Source of the DNA: Octopus sinensis
Taxonomy: Eukaryota
Direction: 5' to 3'
DNA length: 64,000 nt
Assembly (NCBI RefSeq): GCF_006345805.1
Contig: NC_043003.1
Location: forward strand, 56,668,001-56,732,000
The notes under the pieces are model-generated. The model was not told the DNA's origin and ran no database searches. It saw only the letters and a program-made list of their open reading frames with translations. The translations under genes and the position numbers were made by a program. Of this stretch, positions 51,857 through 64,000 are shown piece after piece; position 1 is the first letter of the stretch; each line of letters opens with the position of its first letter.

Positions 51857-52566
51857 TAAGGCGGCGACCTGGCAGAAAGGTTAGCACGCCAGACGAAATG
51901 CTTAGCGGTATTTTTTTCTATTTTTACGTTCTGAGTTCAAATTCGCGAAGGTCAACTTTGCCTTTGATCCGTTCGGGTTCGATTAAATAAGTACCAGTAA
52001 AGAAATAAGAAAAGTTCGCAGGCTGGGCGAAAAGTTTAGCGGTATTTCGTCTGCCGTTACATTCTGATTCAAATTTCGCCGAGGACGACTTTGCTTTTCA
52101 CTCTTTCGGGGTCGATTAAATAGGTACCAGTTACGCACTGGGGATCGATGTTATCGACTTAATCCGTGTGTCGGTCCTTGTTTGTCCCCTCCGTGTTTAG
52201 CTCCTTGTGGGTAGTAAAGAAATAGGTATTCCGTCTGTCGCTACGTTCTGAGTTCAAATTCCGCCGAGGTTGACTTTGCCTTTCATCCTTTCGGGGTCGA
52301 TTAAATAGGTACCAGTTACGCACTAGGGTCGATATAATCGACTTAATCCGTTTGTCTGTCCCCTCTCTGTTTAGCCCCATGTGGGTTGTAAAGAAATATG
52401 TATTTCGTCTGTCGCTACGTTCTGAGTTCAAATTCCGCCGAGGTCGACCTTGCCATTCATCATTTCGGGTTCGATTAATTAAGCACCAGTTGCGTACTAG
52501 GGACGATGAAATCGACTGCCCCCCCTCTCCCAAAATTTCACGCCTTGTGCCTAGAGTAGAAAATAA
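51857..52566 (+). mobile_element. Tandem cluster of four SINE family B copies
   Basis: Repeated TTCTGAGTTCAAATTCCGCCGAGG; copies 2 and 3 end in tail 1, copy 4 in tail 2. Confidence 0.88.
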
Positions 52567-52924
52567 TATTTGCTTGAGACTGAATTGCAAACAATCAATT
52601 GACCTGCTCGTTGTCAGAAATGCATTAAAGCAGCTATTTGTTTGTTGTAATACTGAAAACAATGATAATCTCATTTGTAACTTGGGATTTCAAATTGGTA
52701 AACAAATACAGAACAAATTAATATGTGATATGTCTCAGCCCACAAGTTAATAGGAAAACCAGATCCTGCCAACCATGAATTTATTTATCTGTATTGTTTA
52801 ACTTCAATTAATACAAATTAATGCAACATTTGATTATTTTTTTATATCCATTGTTTCTTAATTTTTTTCACCAGCTACTTCAAATTAATGTGTTAATAGA
52901 ATGCTATTTTTAATTCAGGCATCA

Positions 52925-53130
52925 GGAAAGACGGCGAGTTTGTTCAATCGTTAGCGATTCGATCAAAATGTTTAGCGGTATTTCCTCTGGATTTACGCTT
53001 TGAGTTCAAATACCACCGAGATCAACTTAGGATCGATATAGTAAGAACAAGTTGGGCTCCGGGGTCGGTATAATAGACTTTCCCAGTCCACTCAAAAGTT
53101 GCAGCCTCAGAGCTAAAATTTGAAATCATT
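52925..53130 (+). mobile_element. SINE family B, diverged
   Basis: GACGGCGAGTTTG...TTTAGCGGTATTTC...TGAGTTCAAATACCACCGAG. Confidence 0.65.
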
Positions 53131-53589
53131 ATTTCCGGTGTCCGTAAAGCAGTAGGAGAAAAGTTTATTTCTAGGCTTTGTGAACTCATTCTCATTATTC
53201 TGAAAATGCTTAACTCTTTTAGCGATATATTCAGTATCGTTAGCCGGAGATATATGTCATTCCTCACTGTGATAGATATAACTGCTATCGCCAGAAGCAA
53301 TAGCGATAGCAGTTCTCCCTGAAATATTCCCTCTCGGGATTTACACAGTTATGAACAACCGACTTCTGCACTTCAGTTCAACTCAAAATCTCATCATTTT
53401 TTTTTCTAAAAGGAAAGAAATCAATAGATAATTAAAAATAAATAAATAAAGCGCTAGTCTCTTCGTTGATAGCAAGCATCTTAGCGATTCCAAAAAGGAA
53501 AAGAGCGCTTCATTATCCCTTGTTGTTGTCTATCCTACAAAAATCTAAGTTAACATTTCTTGCCCGCAATTTGTTTCATTCGATCTATA

Positions 53590-54794
53590 TACAATAAGGC
53601 GTCAGTTTCCATTCATTTATCTCTCCGTCTTGTTTGCATTTCTAGAAGCAGTCTCTCCGTTTCCAGAAAGGTATACCATTCCCCCGGTATGAAACCAGTT
53701 ACCATTTTATAAACCAACAACGAAAATGCAACAAGCCTACAATTACTAATTTCTTTCTCGTCTCAGTACTTCTTTATTAACTTCGTCCTACCTTTTGGAC
53801 TTGTTTTTCGATCCTCCAATTTCTATAAAATAGACTGAATCCGTTGCACGCGCATGCCTATGACAATTCTAAACACGAACCCTGTTACCTCATCTGGTTC
53901 AGGAGCTTCACATTTTGTTATCTTTTTAAAATCATTCTCCTTCAGTAATATTCATTTGCCTTGAACTATTCTTTTATTCACGTTTAAACTGCTACAATCA
54001 TTCTTTTTCACTGTTTTTGATGGAGCACCTTACATCATCTTTCTGATCTCAGTATCCGTTCCTGCATCAGAGTTCGATATTTCATTCTTCTGAAGTTTAT
54101 TCTCAATGTTAAACTATTGGGAAATTTCCTTTCTATGTTTCTGAGGAACTTGTTCTGTTGATACTACTCTATTCTTTGTTGATATACGGTATTTTTTTTA
54201 CTCGATCTTCCTTTCATTTTTGTTGTTGCCTTACCGCTTATTTAGCTACTCGAATTGCTATATGTTTGAAGCTGTGTTTTCTTCAAAGCTCGTCCTTATG
54301 TCTTTCCTTCAACCTCATCTTTTTAATTATAGTATTTATTCCCCGAGGATCTTTACTGAGATCTCAGTTTGATTCTCTAATCTTCTCTTCCACCAGAGGT
54401 ATTTGGCCATTTTTTTCTGTTCTACTATTAACTGCTAATGCTTTACAGCAACAGGTGCACCTTATATCAGGTCATTTACATCTATTATATTCACACCTTT
54501 GATTTTTGCTAATAATTTATCCAATTTCTTTACTGCTTTTCATACCTTTGCTCCTTTCATTTCCTTTCAAAGCTGATAATCTTCTGTCCCTATTTCTTAT
54601 TTCGTTCAAACGTTGAAATATAATCCTTTTTGCTGTTCCCATATCTTTTCCTTCTGTGAAGTAAGACGTAATTTTACTCCCACTCTTCTTTTCTCCTGGT
54701 GATTCATTGATCTTCTCGCCATTCCTTTTTTAATTTCCTCTCCTGAGGAACCATATTCTTCATCTTCTACTCTAAATAGTTCTTCCATCTCCAA
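53590..54794 (-). mobile_element. Heavily decayed R4/Dong-type LINE ORF fragment (pre-RT and RT N-terminus)
   Basis: EAPEPDEVTGFVF (cf. KAPGPDG..GFW), KGRTKLIKK, SNCRLVA (cf. SNYRPI); many stops. Confidence 0.55.
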
Positions 54795-56321
54795 CTAAGA
54801 TAGTCAGTCGTTTCTCTCTATTTTATAGTTTCTATCCAGAAGTTTTTATTCTGTTGCTAAGAAAATGTCACTCTATCTAAATCACACTCATTCTTCTTTT
54901 GCCACTTCCATAGTAAAGTTCTATGATGATTCTAGTGTTATTCTGTGACCATATTCTTCTAATAGTTTCAGCGATATCTGAATGACATCCAAGCCTATTC
55001 TGCACTTCAATAAAACGCATGTTATGCGGGAAACTCACACATGGTTAGTTAGTTTCATTAATGCGTTTCTGAAATAAATTTTATCTGCTATCACGCTCAT
55101 AACGTGACTTGTGGGGATCAGGTGACACAACTATTGTTATTTCTATCGAGACATTATCCCCAGAAGAGAAATCAGTCAGGGCTTTAAATGGGAATTTGGA
55201 CAGAAATTGTTAAAATGGTATACATAAACTCGAGACGCGAACTCATCCTAACCATTTCTTCCATCTGAACTCACCAACTTGTTTCGGCCATACTCATACA
55301 GAGTGTATTGACTTACAGACTTATAGACTTATAATAATCTAAGTAGTAAATTAGAGGTACAGAATGAAATACTGTTGCTTTGCTAGCGATTAAATACACA
55401 CACATATATACACTGTTGCATGTATACGTGTGCATCTGTGATGTATGCATATATGCATATATGTATGTGTGTATATATGTGTGTGTGTGTGTGTATGTGT
55501 GTACGCTTATATTTGTATATAAAAGGTACTCAATACGTGTTGTAAAGATTATTCATTAAAATCTAACGCTTCACTTCGTTGCTTCCTTTGAGTTTTCCGT
55601 TCCTCACGAACGGCGATACATGTTTCATATTTTATCACAACTATGAGTGTGTGTGTTTGTGTGTGTGTGAGTGTGTGGGAGAGAAAGAGAGATAATGTGG
55701 TGGTGTTTGTGGGGGCGAGGGTAAACATATAAATGCATGGCTAGAGACACACCTTCATACACTGAAATATGAATACACGAATATATGCGTCTGAGAGAGT
55801 GAGAGAACGGAAGAGATGGATGTGAGTGAGAAAAAGACGCGGAGAGAAAAGTTAGCCATATTGACAGAGAAGGAAAAAGAAAATAATGGCGTAAAAATTA
55901 CTTTGGAGAGAACTATCAAGAACATTTTTTTTTAATCTTTTTAAATATAAACATATATGATGGATCGCTTTTAGAATTCACCTCTTTATATATGTTTTTC
56001 CAGGAGAATTAACTCTAAAGTACATTATAGCTCAAACATGTTTAACTTAGTCTGAAATTGAAGATTCTTTTTTCAGCTCTCTCGCTTCGTTGATTAAATA
56101 CGACGACGGAGATTGAAATAACTATATTCCTGAAGTTTGTTTTCTTTTTTCGTGTATTAAAATGCAGCCAGCCGTTTCTTATAATAAACAGCATAATTAA
56201 TGGAATTCCATTTGTCGGTGTCATTACTGCCAGCACCAATACCATTATTACAACAACATCAACAGTGGTCGTCACCACCACTACCAGAGCCAGCAATAGC
56301 AGCAGCGGCAGCAGTAGCAGT

Positions 56322-56832
56322 GGAAGCGCAATGGCTCAGTGGTTAGGACAGGGGACTCGCGGTCGTAAGAACGCGGTTTCGATTCCCCGACCGGGGATTG
56401 TGAGTGTTTATTGAGCAAAAGACTCCTAAGCTCAACGAGTCTCCTACGGGCGGCGGTGAACCACGCTGTACTCTTTTACCACAACTTACTCTCACTCTTT
56501 CTTCCTACTTCTGCCACAAAGCAGAGGAACTATGGTGTAACCTACTATGGAGTGGCAAAGTTTCAGACCCTAGTCTAGATTGCGAATCCTCTGTAACCCA
56601 GGATGGTTCAGCTCCCCACCCGTTAAAAGCCACCTTTTGCGGAATGGGGATTACAAGGTAGCTTTCGCGCCCATGCAACAGCCAGGCTATTGCGTGTGGT
56701 GGGTGGATCTTCAAGTTGCCAGACGCACTCTTAGTAGCTTAAAGTAGGCTCGAATTAGAGAGTATTCTTTGTGGCTAATGGCGTGAGTTCTCAGAAGAAG
56801 AAGAAGAAGAAGAAGAAGAAGAAGAAGAAGAA
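56322..56832 (+). mobile_element. tRNA-derived SINE family C, full length, (GAA)n tail
   Basis: A-box TGGCTCAGTGG, B-box GGTTTCGATTCCCCG, about 470-bp body, (AGA)n tail. Confidence 0.85.
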
Positions 56833-56859
56833 AGTAACATTGAAACAAATTCGCCATCG

Positions 56860-57330
56860 TCATCCTTACTGTCGTCGTCCATTAGATTCATCACCATCAT
56901 CATTATCATCAATAAAAACAACAACAAATTATTGCACACCACAGCATCATTTTTCTTATTTTCATCGCCGTCTCCATTTCTGTTAGAGCCATCATCACCT
57001 TCATAGTCTTCATAGTCTTCGCAGTCGTCGTCGTTATAATCATTATCATCACCGATATTGTTACCCTCATCGTCATTTTAGTCGCAGTCATCGTTATCAT
57101 CATCATCATCGTCATCGTCGTCGAAATCTTCATCAACTCAATCCCCATCAACATTATCGTCCACATCATAATCTCCATCCTCAATATCGTCAGCTTCGTT
57201 GTCGTCATCATCATTATCATCATATTCCTCAACACAATCACCATCAACATTATCGACAACATCTTCAAAATTGTCACTTTAACCAGATTATTGTTGGCTT
57301 CGTTGTCATCATCATCATCATCATTAGCAT
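56860..57330. repeat. Cryptic (ATC/GTC)n trinucleotide low-complexity tract
   Basis: Visible in sequence. Confidence 0.85.
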
Positions 57331-57739
57331 TTAATAAATGATTTTTTAATTGTTTACTTTCGTAATGTTTCTTTTTCGGTTCACTACACTCATCGGATAA
57401 ATATACATTAACAAGGAAAAATCAAAAAGAAAGCAAAAACTTTCTATCGTAGTTTTAATTTTCTAGCGATTCCTTAACTACATGTTTGAGGGAAAGCAAC
57501 CCAGAGGGAGCAATTTATTGTGAAATACAAAACCGGTAACATCTCGCATGTAATATAGAAAGCGAGCCGAAAACATAGAGAGCGAGCTGAAAACTTAAAT
57601 TATCGAAGTAAATAATAGATAAGAATGCCCTCTGTGAGAATTTAACATAGGGAAATCATAAGTAAGAGAGATAATTTGAGTAAACGCGGTTGACCCAAAC
57701 TACATCATTATGTTAAGGTCTATCTGCCTTTACTTTTTC

Positions 57740-57930
57740 ATCATTTGTATCTTACTTCCTTTCTTGACCTGCAGCCGTACCGGAGCGCGGTCATGAACGA
57801 TTTAGTCGAACAGACCGATCCCGTTACTAATTTTTAAGTTGGCTTCTTATTCTATCGGCCCCTTTTGTCGAATCGCTAAGTCACGAGGTCGTAGACAAAC
57901 CAAGAGCAATTGTCAAACAGTGGGCCAAAC
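57740..57930 (-). mobile_element. SINE family A, 3' half, diverged
   Basis: GACCTGCAGCCGTACCGGAGCGC...CTTATTCTATCGG...GAATCGCTAAGTCACG. Confidence 0.6.
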
Positions 57931-58774
57931 ACACAGACTCACTCGTACACGCACGCGCACCCACAGTGTTCATATAGTTCCCGTCTATATGATTAACTCA
58001 CAAGAGAAATGTCTCCTCGGACCTGTATCAGAAACACTTGTCCAAACTATCGATAAGTGGGACTGAAATCACACCCATGTGCTTGCAACAATTTTGTGTG
58101 TTGCCTCATAATTAAGATATACTTTGATGAAAAGTTCTTTAGTGATGGAAACATCACTATTGTCTTCAACATTTGTTACAAGGCAGCGGTCTTTCTGTTC
58201 GCGGCTTTGAAAAAAAAAAACCCACAGACTTCTTGGGTTGCTGTTGACGATCAAAACTACCGATTGGTGAGCAAATATCTGGAACCCATACTACGTGAGA
58301 ATAGCAGAATATTGACCCTAGAATTCGTTACTTCATGTGGCCCACTGTGTGTGTGTGTATGAGTATATTTGTGCATCTATCTCTACGTGTGTAATCAGAT
58401 ACAAGCGCACAAGCGCTTATGTAGCAGTACACATACAGTCAACCACATTCGAAAGGTTAAAGGACTTATATGCAGATTTACGTATATGGGCATATATATT
58501 ATAAAACATCCCCTAGGCATATACACTACATTAACATATCTATAGCTATGTATAAACAAACGTGAGAAGACATATTTGCATATATTATCGAGTTTTCCTC
58601 CCGTACACGCATATGCATAAATCTACATGAAAATAAACATACGCGTATTTATTCGCAGTAGTTCATAAATCCGAACCGGTCACCGAGTGACCATTGGTTT
58701 CGCACTGACAAAACATTTGCAGTATAGACGTCTCGTCGGTCAAACTATGAGCAGCCATAACATTTACCTTCCTA

Positions 58775-58824
<50 letters not shown>

Positions 58825-58827
<3 letters not shown>

Positions 58828-59038
58828 TCGAAGCTTTCTTCCAAGGGATCTAATGCGCTTGGCTTAGATTTCCCTTGGGGGCTGCCCAGATCGGAGCAAT
58901 CTCAAGATTAATCAGCCGAAATTGCGAAGATGATCTGGTTCTTGACTGATGACTGAGGCTTCGAATGTCCCGTCCTTGGTTCTTGTGTCGTCTCTTTGGT
59001 GTTTCATGTTCTTGTGCATGTCTGTGTTTATTTTTACT

Positions 59039-59041
<3 letters not shown>
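58825..59041. other. GC-richer, multi-stem structured element between two (TA)n tracts
   Basis: CATTCGAAGC/GCTTCGAATG, CCAAGGGA/TCCCTTGG, TCTAA/TTAGA, CCAGATC/GATCTGG, GCAAT/ATTGC complementary pairs. Confidence 0.6.
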
Positions 59042-59088
<47 letters not shown>

Positions 59089-59224
59089 GTGTGTGTGTGT
59101 TTGTGCGTGCTTGTCTATTTAGGATAGTATGTATAATATTATATATGTACATATATAATAAATTAGAAATGCATTAAATACAAAAAAAACGTACAAATAG
59201 GATAGACAAATAACGACCATAATT

Positions 59225-59457
59225 CTTCATCAGTTATCGACCGAAATGCTAATACACTCCTTTCATGCCTTAAGCGATAAGTTTGAGAACTCTATATATC
59301 GGCGGCATTCGCAAAATGTGCGGAGGTTTAGGGCTCGAGCGAACAAAACTGTAAGAGTGGGTTACGTAAGAAAGTAAACAAATGTACTCCGATATGCGAA
59401 GTTATCAGTTAGAGGTATGAAACTGTGTATTAATATTTCGGTTGATAACTGGTGAAG
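59225..59457. mobile_element. Putative MITE with 23-bp terminal inverted repeats
   Basis: CTTCATCAGTTATCGACCGAAAT ... ATTTCGGTTGATAACTGGTGAAG (21/23); no TSD recognised. Confidence 0.5.
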
Positions 59458-59720
59458 CTCTGTGACTATCCTATGTGTACGTTTTTCAGTATTTAAGGCA
59501 TTTTTCATTTATCGAGTAACTGGGGGCCACGCATCCCGACTTTTACATACATACATACACACATACATACATACTTATATACATATATATAGAGAGAGAG
59601 AGATGAGTTCAGCAAAGTTTAGATTCAGATGAATATGGTACTTAAGTTGATGCACCAGAATCTAGTACGTTATTAGATATACAGTATCAAAATAAGTTGA
59701 TTAAATCAAAATAAGCAAAA

Positions 59721-59758
59721 AGGATATCCAGAGGTAATGCATTACCTCTGGATATCCT
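59721..59758. repeat. Perfect 38-bp palindrome, imperfect arms to about 59706-59774
   Basis: AGGATATCCAGAGGTAATG|CATTACCTCTGGATATCCT. Confidence 0.95.
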
Positions 59759-59824
59759 GGTTGCTTATTTCGATACACACACAACACACACACACACATA
59801 TATATATAATATATATATATAATA

Positions 59825-59856
<32 letters not shown>

Positions 59857-59867
59857 TATATTATATA

Positions 59868-59915
<48 letters not shown>

Positions 59916-59942
59916 TTATATGTATATATATATTATATATAG

Positions 59943-59973
<31 letters not shown>

Positions 59974-61046
59974 GATATATATATATATGCATGCGTTTAT
60001 ATGTACGTATGTTATACATATATATAATATATGCACATATATAAATATATTCATACATAAATACATTTATGTATATGCCCATACATTTACATAATGACAT
60101 ATTCACACGTTCACACACATAAACACACACACGCACACTCACATACATACACACACATATATATGCAGACAAACGCACAAATTGTATACATATGCTCGCC
60201 AACAAACTACGTATATTTACAAACGAGGCTACCCACCATGAATTCATTTGGTACTGAAGAACGACGGAGATAACATACGAATCAGATTCCAACTAATGGA
60301 GTAAAGCGTAAATCTATATTTGTCGATTTGTATCATGATCGTCGCGATAGTATGACTTACTGAATACATATGCTTATTAGACTATAATCGTAATGGCTGA
60401 ATATTCCACATACACTGGTACTCTTATCGCTTACACATCAATCAGTGTAACATATATATGACTAAATCAGTCGTTTCAAATTTTGCTCTACTCAATCCGA
60501 TAGGTTTACGGAATTTGCTATTACAAAATTTCAGCAATGAGACTTCAGTCAGCCATAATCTATTACAAAAACATGTGTCAAATATACCACATAGTGGGAT
60601 CGAACCAGTAATCTCAACATGATCTTGAAGCGAAATTCGTAACAATTTGTCCTTGCCGTGAATCGCATACGCCTTTACACACAAAGAATTCGTACACATT
60701 TCTATTCGCATATACTTTAAATAAATGCATACTCATAAACACACACTTATTGAACACGCATACATACAGTTTAATCCCGTGTGATAAGAAAATTTGGCAT
60801 TTTGGTCGTTAGATTTCCCCAACTGTGACGAGCTATTTTGTTCCCATGATGCAATGGTTTGTCGATATTTCCAGAAAACAACTCAGGTTACCAAAGCAAT
60901 GCCAATTTATTTTTCTTTACAGCAGACATGTGTGCTTGTGTGTGTGCATATGTAGGCTAACATATATATACATATATATATATATATATTTACATACAAA
61001 AAATATAGATATACACACGTATGTATACTTATATGCAACAACGTAA

Positions 61047-61099
<53 letters not shown>

Positions 61100-61311
61100 G
61101 GTGTGTGTGTGTGTGTGTGTATATAACTGTATGTTTCCTAGATACACAAGCACACAGATAGAAAGATATATTAAATAATACACATCTACATCCACTGGGG
61201 GCAAGTTAGTCTATGCAATTATTTTCGTTGGTGTTTTGTCTAACGTTGGAGAACGTTGCTTATCAATCAGGGAACGCTTCAGAAAAAAAAATAATAATAA
61301 TAATACAAAGA

Positions 61312-61385
<74 letters not shown>

Positions 61386-61776
61386 TATGTTTGAAAAAAC
61401 AATACAAAAATTATAAACGAAATATACACCCTAAACATTTTCATTTGCTGTCATGTGGTAGACAAGCTGGAGGCACTGTTGATATTTTTCTTGGTGTTAT
61501 TCTCTGTGATGGTGGTCTTGACTGTCGTAGTGATGGCGTTGGTGTTGGTAGTGGCACAAGTAATATGCGTCTTCGGTGTTGCTTACATTTATATTGTCGC
61601 TATTGTTGTTGTTGTTGTTGTTGTTGGTATTGATGTTGTGTTGGCACCACACCCATTCAGAGGAACGGCCCTGGAGCAAGAAATGTGTGGGTTGGTAGGT
61701 GGGATAATCAAAATCGTGTTGAGCTGAATACAAGTGTTAGGTACACAAACAGGTTCAATGAAAACAATGTGTCAAG

Positions 61777-61809
<33 letters not shown>

Positions 61810-61824
61810 TATATATATATTAAT

Positions 61825-61882
<58 letters not shown>

Positions 61883-62004
61883 TATATATATTATACATAT
61901 ATATATATATATATAATATATATATATATATACATACATAAATACTCACCACACACATATATATATATAACATACATACATGTGTGTTTGCATAAGTATC
62001 TGTG

Positions 62005-62054
<50 letters not shown>

Positions 62055-62687
62055 TATATATACATTATATAGAGAGAGAGGACGTACGTATAACTGTGTA
62101 TATATGTATGTGCGTATTTGTGTGTACGTGTATGTGTATATGTATATAATAAATATATATATATAATATATATATATATATATCTTATATATGTATGTAT
62201 GCATGTATATACACATGTGCGCCTGTATACATGTTATCGAATTGTCGGTATATATAAATGTTAATATGCTCACTCAAAAACGAACACACTCGTCCACACA
62301 GTAATGTAAGTGTGTTTATGCGCACGTTTGTGTTTATAGAAGTATACACGCATGCACTCAGACATGGATATATGTTGAAGCTATAAAAGAAACCATTTCT
62401 GGAATAGCTATAAATCAATGTTGTTCTTATAAAATATAATGAGGTGAGACTATTTATACCGAAGTTACATTATTGTGTGTAGACAATTGGAAAGATACGT
62501 AAATATAATATATACAATGAATAGCAAAAAGGATATTAATCAATGTCTAACAGTTCCAGCATTTTATTGAAAAGTATAACCGAAGATCTCAGAGTATTTG
62601 TCTTATTCTGACCTCATCAGAAAGAAATAGTCTAACTGCGGAGATATTGATTAAGTATAATCGAAGTAATAATAAAATATCGTGTAT

Positions 62688-62938
62688 TCTTTAATTCATT
62701 TATTTTTTTCAGTCAGTTTACTCCGGACATGTTGTAGTACCATCTTTCGTCGAACAAATCGAACCCAGGACTCATTCTTTGTAAGCCTAGTACTTATTCT
62801 ATACGACTCTTCTGGCGAGCTGCTAAGTTACAGGGACGTAAACATACCAGTAGCGGTTGCCAAGAGATGGTGGCAAGAGAAACACAGATGCACAAATGAA
62901 TGCATACATATGCATAGTATATATATATCTATATCTAT

Positions 62939-62984
<46 letters not shown>

Positions 62985-63212
62985 CATCTATTATTTATAT
63001 ATTATATATATAGATAATATATATATATATAATATATATATATAGAATATATATAATATAAACAGACTACTTTCAGTTTCCGTCTACCAATCCACTCATA
63101 AGGCTTTGATTGGCTCGACGCTACAGTAGAAGGCAGTTGCCCGAGGTGCCTCCGCAGTGGACTGAACCCAGAACCATACTGTTGGAAATTAAGCTTCTTA
63201 CAACACACCCAC
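62688..63212 (-). mobile_element. SINE family A with expanded internal microsatellite
   Basis: 3' part GTAAGCCTAGTACTTATTC at 62.78 kb, (TCTA)n/(TA)n, 5' part TTTCAGTTTCCGTCTACC...GCAGTGGACTGAACCC. Confidence 0.8.
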
Positions 63213-63496
63213 ATATTTAATTTCTTAATGGGACTCACAGCTAGTTTAAAACTACTTCGAGGTCATTCTCTGCATTTAGCCTACATCCACTTTTAGACAA
63301 AGATTTGTTGGCTTCCGGTCTGAGAAGATCTTCATTTCTTCCTCCCATCCCCCATCTTGAGGACCTTAAATATCTCATTAGTCACCAGTTTCCCCTGCAT
63401 TAGAAAAAAATGTTGTAAAATATATTTTATACAAATTTTCATCGGCAATATATATCTACGGATGATTGTCAATGCCAAACAATTTCTTGGTTTTTA

Positions 63497-63670
63497 CAGA
63501 GATGGCGACCTGGCAGAATCTTTAGCACAACGTACGAAATACAAATCGGCATTTCTTGCGGTTCTTTACGATTCGAATTGAAATTTTGCCGAAGTTGACT
63601 TTGCCTTTCGTTACTTCGGGATTATTAAAATTAGTTCCGGTTGAAGAGTGGACCAGATGCAATTGACTGA
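63497..63670 (+). mobile_element. SINE family B, diverged
   Basis: GATGGCGACCTGGCAGAATC...GTTGACTTTGCCTTTC. Confidence 0.65.
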
Positions 63671-63890
63671 TATTGTGTTTATAGAAGAAAGGAGAAATTA
63701 CTTTCTAATTTTCGGAACTGAGCGTACTTTCGGAACAGAAGATACCCATACTTGAACGAATATCATAATATCCAGTTTACTTACTCAGGAAATGACGACG
63801 AAATCATTAAGTAACTTTCAAGCCAAACTGAAGTGAAAAACGCCATTCGCCTGAAAAACGATGTTTTATTTAGAGTTAACACAATACATA

Positions 63891-64000
63891 GGCACAGGAG
63901 TGGCTGTGTGGTAAGTAACTTGCTTACTAACCACATCGTTCCGGGTTCAGTCCCACTGCGTGGCATCTTGGGCAAGTGTCTTCTACTATAGCATCGGGCC
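63891..64000 (+). mobile_element. SINE family A, 5' part (cut by window edge)
   Basis: GGCACAGGAGTGGCTGTGTGGTAAG...CCGGGTTCAGTCCCACTGCGTGGCATCTTGGGCAAGTG. Confidence 0.9.

Noticed and set aside
56322-56400. tRNA gene
   Set aside because: tRNA-like head continues into a repeated SINE body and tail; no acceptor stem closure or T-run terminator
62580-62630. Minus-strand CUGAUGA-GGUC..GAC
   Set aside because: G12 missing and helix I cannot form

Overview
AT-rich, microsatellite-saturated eukaryotic non-coding DNA with no confidently identifiable host gene. The repeat families resemble those I recall from octopus genomes (inference, not verified). Nearly all ORFs in the supplied track are translations of microsatellites. 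Real coding traces are all retroelement-derived: a young Penelope-like element (RT C-terminus plus GIY-YIG, open for about 358 codons, 29.6-30.7 kb), and decayed RTE, CR1 and two R4/Dong-type LINE fragments. There are many copies of three tRNA-derived SINE families and several Helitron-like non-autonomous elements. The main unexplained signal is a set of hammerhead ribozyme (HHR) motifs: eight copies from five otherwise unrelated sequence families. All have a self-complementary helix III and lie in elements abutting (TA)n tracts, and three families form head-to-head fold-back palindromes. One family is a ~476-nt tandem unit whose copy begins at its own predicted self-cleavage site, as expected for a retrozyme/circular-RNA monomer. 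All folds and alignments were done by eye.
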